NCBI RefSeq assembly: GCF_009914755.1
Contig: NC_060935.1
Reading direction: 5' to 3' (one strand)
DNA: 64,000 nucleotides
Source: the human T2T-CHM13v2.0 reference genome, Homo sapiens
Shown here in pieces: positions 53,192 through 64,000 of this stretch. A program made the translations under genes and the position numbers. The notes beneath the pieces are model-generated. The model was given only the letters and a program-made list of their open reading frames with translations. It ran no database searches and was not told the DNA's origin. Each line of letters opens with the position of its first letter. Within the stretch, counting starts at the first letter, position 1.

Positions 53192-54948
53192 TCACTTGTA
53201 AGGAAGGAGCTGTGACTCTCCATTACAGGAATTTTCAACTTGACTGATTCTACCCCTTTCTCTTGTGTGCATCTTCTTATATTTGACAAGGTTTGATGAG
53301 TGGAAGAAGCCTTTCTCACAATCACTGCATCCATAGGGCCTCTCTCCTGTATGCGTTCTTTGATGTACATTGAGTACTGACTTTGTGGTGAAGGCTTTTC
53401 CACATTCATTGCACTCATAAGGTTTCTCTCCTGTGTGAATTCTCTGATGGGTAATGAGACTATATTTGTGTGAATAGGATTTTCCACACTCAGTACATAC
53501 AAAGGGATTCTTTCCTGTATGACATCTCTCACATTGTATGAGCCATATTTTCTGGCTGAAGGCTTTACCACAGTCATTGCATTCATAAGGTTTTTCTCCT
53601 GTGTGAGTTCGGTGATGTATAATAAGAGTGCACTTTGTGGTGAAACCTTTACCACATTAATTGCATATGTAAGATTTCTCTCCTGTATGAGTTCACTGAT
53701 GTATAATGCGAGTGCGTTTGACAGTGAAGGCTTTTCCACATTAGCTGCATATATAAGATTTTTCTCCTGTACGGGAGCACTGATGTACAATGAGATTGCT
53801 CTTCACAGTAAAGCCTTTTCCACATTCACTGCATATATGGGGTCTCTCTCCAGTATGAGTTTGCTGATGTACAACAAGGTAGCGCTTCTGGGTGAAGCCT
53901 TTTCTACATTCACTGCATATGTAGGGTTTCTCCCCCTGTATGAATTCACTGATGTACAATGAGATTGATCTTCACAGTGAAACCTTTTCCACATTCATTG
54001 CACACATAAGGTTTCTCTCCACTACAAGTTCGCTGATGAGCAATTAGATAGCGCTTCATTGTGAAGCCCTTTCCACACTCACAGTACATATAGGATTTCT
54101 CTTCTGTATAAGTTTGTTGATGTGCAATGAGAATACTCTTCACAGTAGAGCCTGTTCTATATTGATTGGGTATACAGATTTTGTCCCCTATATTAGTTTT
54201 CAGATGCTTAGTGAACAGGACACTTCTGGACAATTTCTCACATTGACCACCTCCAGGATTCTCTTCTATGTGAATGTTCTCGTGGTAAATGAGCTGAGAC
54301 TTCAGAGGAAGGTTTGCTCACATTCAATGAATGCATGGAGTTTCTCAATTTTCTGAGTCCTCTGATGCTTAAAGACTTGGAATTTAGTATGGATCCATTT
54401 GCATTTTCAGAAAATCTAGTTTTAGTATTCGTATGTTCATGCTTATCATGTAGAAGGGTTTTCTCACCTCCAATAAACTCCACAAGGTTATTTATTCCAT
54501 GTCTTCTCTTCTGGTTGATTAAACTTAAAATTGATTTCAATGTTTTTCTGTACAAGTCAAATGTATTATGATTTTGCACTAGAGAAAAATGTGTCTTGCT
54601 GAGATGTACAATATTTCTAAATGCATTCTGTCCACTGCATTGCTGCATGCTCTTCAGAAATCACTGGTTTGGAGAGTGCTCTTGCAGATGACTGTCAACT
54701 TTCGTGATTCCTGGACAATTTTTATTCTGGACTTTAGCATCTGTTTTCAATGGTTCCCATCCATGCGCCAACTTGGAGAGTGCATCTGGTTTGCTAGTTT
54801 GATACCCCAGTGATACCAGGTGGTTAGAGTTCTCCACCATCACATCCTGGTACAGGTCCTTCTGAGCAGTGTTCCAGGAGCTGCCACTCCTCCCGGCTGA
54901 ATTCAACAGCCACATCCTCCAGGGTCAGTGATTCTGGGTCTTGATCAT
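53192..54948 (-). pseudogene. ZNF614: Processed pseudogene (retrocopy) of the KRAB-C2H2 zinc-finger gene ZNF614, CDS remnant
   Basis: Reassembled frames read [54 protein letters not shown]...[21 protein letters not shown]... then about 10 C2H2 fingers ending [19 protein letters not shown], matching ZNF614 as I recall it. KRAB-A, KRAB-B and finger exons are joined without introns. A 1-nt deletion after codon 5 gives a stop at codon 8; further stops at 54661, 53946, 53741, 53693 and 53658, plus frameshifts. Confidence 0.92.
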
Positions 54949-55575
54949 TTTCTTTTGTGGTCAGAAAATAGTGGATAACATAGACTATACATCTTTGTCT
55001 CTTCTGCATTTTCCATGAACTTTTCCTAGTCAGAAATATTAGTGTCCACGTAAAGTTGTCCCCAGAAAATGATGATATCCAAGGCCAGCAACCTCCTTCT
55101 TCTTCCGTCATTGCTTCACTTGAGTTATCTTGCTTTTGGGAGCCAGGACCTGAGGGCTGCACCCGAATCTCTCCAGACACTACTGGCAGTGACAAAACAT
55201 GGCATCCATGTCCGAAACCGCTTCCTATTCAGATGCACTCCTGCGCAGCCTACGGGACGCTGAGCGGTGACGATGATGGAGTGAGGCGTGGACCACAGAG
55301 CTAGTCCGGGATCGCGAGTTCGACTGCGGGCGCCGCTCTGCGAGGTCACACGGCTGCGCCCATTGCAGAGTACCGGACAGGAGCGGCTATAATGGCTGTG
55401 GAAATCACTCTTGGCCACCTCAGTGCCTTTCTCTCTTTGTTGCCAGGGACACTCAACAGCGCTGGGCTAACCATGTAAGCTTTAAGGGTCGGGTGCCCAG
55501 CTAAGGCCAACACAGCGCAGTGGCATTCTATTCAGCCGGTTGGGGGAAAAAAGATGGCGGTGCCAGTTGTTCCGA
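54949..55575 (-). promoter_or_regulatory. Retrocopied 5' leader with a small CpG-dense patch and YY1 motif
   Basis: About 20 CpGs by hand count in 55201-55390 against a CpG-poor background; AAGATGGCGG at 55551-55560. Confidence 0.6.
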
Positions 55576-56544
55576 TAGTATTAAAGCACATAATTTAATT
55601 CGTATCTGGGTGACCCACAGCCACCTATACTGTCAGTGACTTATATGCAACTGAAACGTATCTGCAGTTTTATATATTGGTATGCTTAAAAATATATGTT
55701 GTTTTGCTTAAAAACAAGATAGTTCTTGTTAGAGTTATTGCACTTGAGTTGTTATCAATACCCTATAAAATTTGTGATATAAAACATAGGCACTTAGATA
55801 TTGCTTTAGAAATAGAGTTTTGTATCACTGAGAACACATTTTGGAAACTTTGCTATGAGACTCTTTCAAGTAAATATCCATATATTGAAGATTCCTTAAT
55901 TTGACTTAGTGTGACAAAAAGCAATGGCAATATAATATTCTAAAATGACTTTGGAATCAAGAAAAATTGAAGTTGAGGTAGAGTAATACCTCACAAAATA
56001 ATCAAAAGAGAAATAAAAATATAGGATAACAGATAGTATCTGGAAGAAGATGCCATCAAATAAATCATCTGTGCTGTAATATTACAAATGTACTAGGTAA
56101 TAACATATAAAAACATACTACTTTTTTTTTTTGCTAAGGAGTAGGATTTTAACTGAAGTGCAGGAAATGAAAAAAAAAAACTGATAAAAGTCTTGAAAGA
56201 TGATTGCCATAGAAAAGTAAGTATGGTTTTCTTGAATGTTACCAAATAAGAAGGGTATTATCAGTATGCTGTTGTAACATGATATCCAGACTGCCTGCAA
56301 GACTCAGCCTTGTGCAAGAGAGCATACGATCAGAAATAGGAGACAGCTGGTGGAATATTGAACCAGAAAGTGATGCCAAGACTGAAGCATTAGTAATACA
56401 TTGCTGAAATCTGAGACTTTGAAATAATCAAGTAAAGGAGATTAAAACAAAGGGGTGTTAGCACAGAAAGAGAAGAAATTGAAGAGTGAAATAAAGAGTT
56501 GGAGGAAATGTGAGAGAGTAGTTATCCACAGGTATAGCTGTTGA

Positions 56545-56916
<372 letters not shown>

Positions 56917-57099
56917 TAAAGGACCAATTTTAATGAAAAAGAGGTTATTAACTCTGATATGGATTAAATCAACGAATCAGTAAGACTTATTTTTCTCATT
57001 GTAAAGCAGAGGTTGTATTACATACCTTACTGAGTTTTGTGAAAATTAGAATTTATTTATAGCTCCTCAATATTGATAGCTATTGTTAAGTGTATGACT

Positions 57100-57640
57100 T
57101 CATTGATCAAAATATTCACCAAAAATATTCATAAATATCTACCATCCATCAGATACTCCATTAGTGCTAGGGGTTTGAAGATAAATAAAATGAAGGCCTA
57201 CCTCTCACAGGGTCCTAGTCCAGCAGGGAGAGACAGATAAAAAGGGTGAATTGAAGAAATAATAATATGCAACAAAATACTATTACATAGGGTCAATACT
57301 AGAAGTCCGTATTTGGTGCTATAAAGGTACAAAACAGGAAGTAGTCAACTTTACATTGGGCAATAGAGCTTTGAAATTAACCTTCAATGCAGTCTTACAA
57401 AGTTAATTGTAATGGAGAGGGGCTCTTTACAGTAGGCTGTGTGCAAAAAAACCTATAAGCTTAGAGGCATGCAATGGCCTCATAAATTTGGGAACTATAA
57501 TCAGCATGATGAAGACGAAGAATGGATGTGACTGAGTAAAGCAAAAGATAAGAAAGTAATGTAGAGCTAGGGGTCATATTATTCAGGTTTTTGTGTGATG
57601 TATTAAATAGGGCTGCATTTAAAACTAACCATGGTTAGCA
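57100..57640 (-). mobile_element. L2 3' fragment
   Basis: tagtgctaggggtttgaagataaataaaa...cctagtccagcagggagagacagataa. Confidence 0.6.
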
Positions 57641-58309
57641 GTATGCACTAAGTGAGGATAGAGAAGTAGATATGAATATACAGCAACTCCACTTTCCTAA
57701 GACTGCAAGAGTTGCTTTATTCCCCTCATTAGGGCACTTCCATCTAAATCACACAGAATTTGTTGTGGCAGAAGTGACATTATGTGACATTTGCTGTCCC
57801 TCCGGATAGGTTTAACTAAATTCACACATATCCTCTGACTTTGTATCACATGCACCATGAGGGCTTCCTTAAAATGATTCAATTAACCATGAACCTACGT
57901 TTCCTGGGCAAAGATAGCTTTCAAAGGGACACATCAATGTAATTAACCACTATAAACCTAACTTTAAACATCTAGGTAGTAAATATATAATGCTTGACTA
58001 TAGCAATATGCTTTGGCCCTATTTGGACATTTTCTTAAGAGTTAAGGATGTAGATAAAACTCAAAAGATAAAACTTGAAAATAAAGTGAGATCCAAAACT
58101 GAGAGTGAAAATTTGCTGAAAAATTATAGGATATATAAACTATGGAAATAATTTAGATACATTTTTAAACTGGAAATATAAGACATTTCTATGAGTAGGT
58201 ATTTTGTTAATCTTAAAAGGATTCTAATTACTCATCTCTTCAAAACTTATTCATTATGCACCTATCACTAAGTGCCAGATGTTGAGTGATGCTGATTTGA
58301 CAAAACATG

Positions 58310-58590
58310 AGCCTGCTCTTGCCTTGGACCCTCTACTTAAAATGCACTTGTTTCACGTAGCTACATTTGTAAATCTCTTCAGATCTCTCTCTTAGGTCAC
58401 CTTCTCAGAGAGACTTTTCCTGACTGCTTACAGTAACAATGACCACTGTATATACTCAGCCCCAACACTCTTCATTCCTCTTACCCTGCTTTGTTTTCCT
58501 TCATAGTAATCATCTGGCATTCTATATATTTACTCGTTTGTTTTTATTATGTCTTTCCTCCCTGGAATTCACAGTGTGGATGTTGTTTTC
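58310..58590 (+). mobile_element. L2a fragment
   Basis: gtcaccttctcagagagacttttcctgact...tttactcgtttgtttttattatgtctttcc. Confidence 0.65.
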
Positions 58591-59053
58591 ACACTGTTCT
58601 TTCTTTCCTTTCATATAGCTAAAAGGAAGACATTGGCTCTCTCCTTTCTGAGACTAGTCATTTCCTCTGGATCTTGGATCCCATTTTCTTTCAGACTGAG
58701 GTCCCTCCCAAGAACAGGTGGTCAAGTGGCAAAAGGAGAGGCAAGGAATTAAAGTAACTAAAGAGTGATTAAATATGTTGAGTCTAAAAAAAGATTAGGA
58801 TCCACACAGTTATAATGGAGGGAGAATCAGATATAAATAATTGAAGTAAAATATTTTTGTGAGATCTCCATGAATTAAAGTATAAGCGGAAATGTGACAC
58901 TTTCTTACATTCTCATTGTAATTTTCTTATTTTGTCTAAAAGATAAAATGTTTTTGTTTTTATTTTGAATAATGCTTTTCTTTACCATGTTGCTATCATG
59001 GAAGTGTGAGATGAAACTCTACCTACTCCAGACTGAACTTTCAGAGCATGTTC

Positions 59054-59177
59054 TTTTTTTTTTTTTTTTTTTTTGAGATGGAGTCTCTGTCACCCAGGCT
59101 GGAGTGCAGTGGCATGACCTTGACCCACTGCAGCCTCTGCCCCACCGGGTTCAAGCAATTCTCCTGCCTCAGCCTCC
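59054..59177 (-). mobile_element. Truncated Alu right-arm fragment
   Basis: Poly-T then gagatggagtctctgtcacccaggctgg...cctcagcctcc, then unrelated sequence. Confidence 0.92.
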
Positions 59178-60721
59178 GTCTTTTTCTATTACTAATTAAA
59201 TCAACACTCAATTCCCTTATTGTTTCTGAAGATTTCAAGAGAAGCCTGATATGGGGCACAAAAGTGCAAGACATTTGGTTAGTGACTCCTAGATGATCGT
59301 TGTATTAGTTAGAAATAAAACAACTGATATGGAGGGTGGGCATGCTGGTGTTAACTGAGTTATCTCATGAGTGTCCTCAGCCAACTTCAACACATCTCAA
59401 GATACATTTGATCATGAGATGTGTTGGGAAATCATCCTTAATGCTTTATGTATAATGTGTTGATGCCTTAAAGTATAAGGAGAATGGGGGAAATGTCAAT
59501 TGGATTTGAAAAAAAACCAGGTTCCTGGACACCATTACTGCTTTAAGAGTTTTGTACTTAGCAAGCCTATGTCCTCTGTTCTGTTTTGTCACATCAATAT
59601 ATCAAGGAGTTATGTTGAATTCCAATGGAGCAACTACTGGAGTTGGCTCACTACTTTTGCAAGTAGACTATTACATTATTATCAGTCTAACTAGCTGCCT
59701 GGCCATGGAAGGTCCTACAAATATTCCCTGCAGGAGAAGGGTTGGATATAGTTTTCACCTCTGAAGATGAACCTAGACTTACCTCTCTGTCAATGTAGTA
59801 GACAATTTTTTAATCTCTGTAGGAGCAATTATCTTTCTTCCTTCTAATTTCTGTTAAAGGTGGGTTATTTTCCTTTACAACTAAATGGAACAAAATATTT
59901 CTGGAATACTGAAATCCTCTGCCAGATCAGTTCTGCCTTTTCTGTTCCTTGTTGGAAAAAAATGCATCTTCTCTTCAGTAGACAGCTTTCCTCCTCTAAT
60001 TTCTCTCATAGGTAAGAACAAACTTTAGGATATTTTATATTGTTACCTTTTACTTCCCTTTTTTTACTTAATGGAAATCTCATTTGACTCAACCTCACAT
60101 ACTGCTTTATCCCACTAAAAGGATATTGAGCATTTAACACATAATGTTGGCATCACTGAGCTCCTTAGGGCTCTATATGGTAGATTTCAGTTATTTATTG
60201 CTGTACAACAACTGTCCCAAACTTACTGCTATAAACAATAATAATCATTAAATTGCTAAGAAATATGCAGTTCAGGCAGAGCTCAGTGAATGCATCATAC
60301 CTCCTGCTCAAAATAGTGTCATAAGAGGTAGTTTGGAGATTGGAGGTTGGAGTTGATCTCAAGCCTTGCTCAGGTTCTGGAGGTCAAGATTGATTATCAG
60401 CTGGGACCTCACCTAGGGCCATCAGCCAGAACATGTATACACAACCTCTCCTAACAGCATGGTGGCTAGGCTCAAAGGACAAACATCTGAAGATACAGTA
60501 AATGGAAGCTGCCAGTTTCTTAAAGCCTAGACCCAGAAAATGGCAGTGTATCACTGTGTTTCCCACTGGTCCAATAATTGTAGAGCCTGGCTTCCAGGGG
60601 AGAGGGAGGAGGAATGACAGAAAATATTGAGTCCATGTGCTATAACTGGTGAAGTGCTTACTCTAGTAACATATTATTTATATTCCTCTTACATACTAAA
60701 TACACTAATCCAATGACAATA

Positions 60722-61077
60722 CACTAGTCCTCTTTATTCAGCCATAGTTTCACTTTCTGAGGTATCATTTATCCATGGTCCACTGTGGTTAGAATATAGG
60801 TGAGTATAGTATTATAAGATATTTTCAGAGAGAGAGAGAGAGGGAGAGAGAGAAACCACATTCACATGACTTTGATTATAATTTATTATTATAATTGTTC
60901 TTTTTTATCATTAGTTATTGTTAATCTCATACTGTGCCTAATTTATAAATTACATTTTATTATAGGTACACATATCTAGAAATAAACATAATATGCACAG
61001 TGTTTGGTAACATCTGTGGTTTCAAGTATCCACTAGGGGCTTGGAATGTATCTCTCATGGATAAGGGAAGGCTACTG
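60722..61077. mobile_element. MER44A (Tigger7-derived) MITE with internal (GA)n
   Basis: TA-flanked termini cactagtcc / gctactg; taggtgagtatagtattataagatatttt..gagagaga..ccacattcacatgac matches MER44A. Confidence 0.88.
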
Positions 61078-62640
61078 TATTCCCCCAAAAGTCTCATTCT
61101 TTTAAAGTACTTGTCTCAGGGTTGAGTTTCAGAATTTTGTCATTTTTATCAAGTCCAGGTATAAATAAGACTCCTTCAGTGTGTTCTCTGGTATAACTGC
61201 TCAAAAACACTTCCTCTTGACACTATGACCCCAGGATTAGAGAGACAAGTTATCTGCTCCCTACATACCCATTATACACTGACATTCAAAAGGACAGAAG
61301 CCAGAGGCATCAAGCATTCTCTGACCCATTGAAGTTCTGAAGTGAGTAATACACATACATATTTCCAATTTCTTGACTCAGGACCTGTGAATGATTCTTT
61401 CTTACTTCTGCTTTTTACGTTATTGGTTCTACTTTTTGAATCATCCTATTATTTAATAAAACTACGAAGAAGTTGCCTTTTCAATCTATTCATAAGAAAT
61501 TTGGCATCCAAAGGTCTCTTTTCACTTTGTACTGTCTCTGTCTCTTTTAATCCAAGCTGATCATGCTTCTATCAGTACAGTTTTCTTTAAAAAGAAAGCT
61601 TGTGGGTCCTTTATGAATCTTTACTGCATTAGTAAAAAAGATAACAACCATAGATCTCTGCAAGACAGGACTTCCTCAACACCACACTCGCTGTGAAGCT
61701 GTAGCTGAAAACCCTTAAGAGTCTAAGAAGCCCTATTGTTTAAGGAGAATATCTGTGAGGCATGCTCCTAAGCTTTTTAGAGGACCTTTTATGTGTAAGG
61801 TCTATGAGGCACAGCCTTCGATCTTTCTGAAGCCTTAACAAAGAGTTTCACAGTCATGCCCTTGGCTTCATCTTTAGATCGTGTTTTCCTAAAAGCGCAT
61901 AGGCTTGATCTCTGCTCTGAGATCTTTTCTTATTTTGAGAATTTCCTGCTGGCTGTAGAGGCTGGGAATAACAATGAGTTTTATTTTCAAACTCAGCAAA
62001 CTTTGGCTCCTTTATACTTAACCATTCTGTTTTAAGCTTATATCTATCCTATAGGATTTTATCATAGGCACCTGGAAGACTAGAAGCAGCAAGATGGCAC
62101 TTTTAATATTCTAACTGGAAATCTCCACTAGATCATCAGGTTCATTAATTCTTGTTCCTACTTTCCACATTACTGGAGGTGACACTATTACCAAACTTTC
62201 TGCCACTACATTAAAAGTGTCCCTTTTACTCTAGTTTGCAACAATATTCCCCTAGTTTCTTTGACCACTTAATCACAACCTGCTTGAGGTTCTTTAAGCC
62301 TCTGAGAAACCTTTAAGTTTTTATTAAAAGTCTCCCAAATGCCCTTTCAGTTTCCATGTGTAACTTGTTGTCAAACTCAGTGTCTCATGTTTTAGGTTTT
62401 TGTTATGGCAGCATCCCAGTTCCAGTTTTCAAAATCTGTTTGAGTTACCTAATACTACATAAAACCACCCCAGAATTAATGCCTCTAAAACAGCTATTTA
62501 TTATACTCATAGATTCTATAGGTTAGGAGTTGGAAAGGGCACATTAGAGGTAACTTTTCTCATCCCATGATATCTGCGACTCAGCTGGGAGTATTGAAGG
62601 TGTGAAGGGACTCCATGGCTGGGACTAGAACCATCTGAAG

Positions 62641-62826
62641 CAGTGCTTTCCAGTGAAACTTTCTATGATGACAGAAATATTCTATATCTACATGGCCCAA
62701 TTTAGTAGCCCTAGCTACATAAGGCTATTGAACATGTGACTAGCAACACATTACTTTATTTTCAATTCAATTTAAATTTAAATAGTCATATGTGCCTAGC
62801 GGCTGCTATCTTGGGCATCACACAAC
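62641..62826. mobile_element. MER3 hAT-Charlie MITE inside the MLT1 LTR
   Basis: aactttctatgatgacagaaatattctatatct...ggctattgaac...aatttaaatttaaatagtcatatgtg. Confidence 0.8.
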
Positions 62827-64000
62827 TGATGGCTTGTGTGCTAGTGCATTTGGAAGTTGATTCTGGCTGTCCTCCAGTTTCTAACCTATAGGTGACCTCA
62901 CTTTGTGTTCTCTCTCCTTTTTCATAGCACATTGATAAGGTTCAAGAGCAAGCATCTCAAAAGGATCAGAGAAGGTTATATCACCTTTATCACTCAACCT
63001 CAGAAATCAGACAACACCATGTCTTACTTAATCACAGACCCCCTGAAATTCACAAGTAGGAAACACAGATCCCACTTTAACACCATGTTTTACGTAGAGC
63101 ATTTGGCATGGGAGATCTTGTTGAGATCATCTTGGAAAATACATCTGCCATACCACACATCCTAGTAAAAGGGGAGGGTGTGTATGGCTTATCCTTACCA
63201 TTCTACTTTCCTAGATTCTAATTTTTATTCCTTAAACCATGTAGCTAATTCATATAGGCTGTATTATTTTGTCAATTTGGGGATTCCTAGTAGACTTGAA
63301 AGTTATTAATTCAGCAGAAGTAAAATAAACCTCTTTTCATTAAAGTGAGCAGGTGTGTGTTTATCTTGGGCAAAAGAAATATTTCAACAATTTAGAGCAA
63401 AGGGAAAATATAGATCATAGAGCATACAGGCTTCCCCAGAGGCCTACATTCCTCTCATAACTGTGCTCCTGATCAATGTTCATAATCATGTGGGACAGAA
63501 ATCAGGAGAGCACCCGTATCTCTTCACAGGATACTTTCTCTCTTACCAACCAAGAGATCATGTTGTTAGTGTGTTACATTTTTTAAAAAATCATTTTTTC
63601 TTCATATCACTGGAAAAATAAACCAGGTCCTGGATATTGAAATGTTCACAGTACCCAAGTGTCTAATAAATCATAACATAAGGGTTTAGAAGCAATAGGA
63701 AATCTTCTGAGAGGATGATCAGGCCATGGCCTACCACCATATTACATAAAAAATGCATTATATTGTAACCTGATGATACTTACCTGGCACATAAGAATCA
63801 AAATAACTCCTTTCCTATGAATCCTTTTTAACAACGTAAGGCATATTTTTTACTCTTTCTTCTATGCTGTATGGTAATTACAGAGCACTTGGTTCATACT
63901 CAATATTTGGTTGTAACATACATATTCTACTATATGGCACATTTGTAATTTTTTATCTGACTTCCTATTTGACAGTGAAATCATAAGACAAAGGGATGGC

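Larger units (their letters stand above)
60185..63152 (-). mobile_element. MaLR MLT1 element with LTR (about 60185-60650), internal region (about 60650-62436) and LTR (62437-63152)
   Basis: Both LTRs start with the typical ..agtta..tattgct/..aaccacccc motif. Internal region has ccccaaaagtctcatt and ends ttttaggtttttgttatggcagcatccca...caaaatc directly before the second LTR's tg. Confidence 0.72.

Noticed and set aside
53110-53790. 226-aa ORF, the longest in the window
   Set aside because: It is a shifted frame of the zinc-finger array (NVEKPS / IQERNL pattern), a common artefact of C2H2 repeats, not an independent gene.
53519-53962. 147-aa plus-strand ORF with a repeating pattern
   Set aside because: Antisense frame of the 84-bp zinc-finger repeats.
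53192-54948. Functional KRAB-ZNF gene
   Set aside because: Stop at codon 8, several later stops and frameshifts, and no introns.

Overview
This is primate (human-like) nuclear DNA: AT-rich, CpG-depleted and dominated by interspersed repeats. It holds a full-length but decayed L1PB1-like LINE (about 33255-40126), truncated L1PA and L1M copies, 18 Alu copies or fragments, several ERV1 and MaLR LTRs, and hAT/Tigger/mariner relics. No intact protein-coding gene is supported; most listed ORFs are Alu/L1 read-through or chance frames. The one gene-derived feature is an intronless, multiply disrupted retrocopy of the KRAB zinc-finger gene ZNF614 on the minus strand (CDS remnant 53192-54948). Its long 5' leader has kept a small CpG-dense patch with a YY1 motif, while CpGs in the coding body have decayed. 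Other points worth checking: a perfect p53 response element in a MER61-like LTR, a templated 95-bp insertion at an Alu/L1 deletion junction, a ~210-bp tandem triplication inside an old L1, and an LTR-internal-LTR MaLR whose LTRs look mismatched. I found no convincing evidence of a wholly new biological system. Repeat subfamily calls come from recalled consensus motifs, not from a database search.
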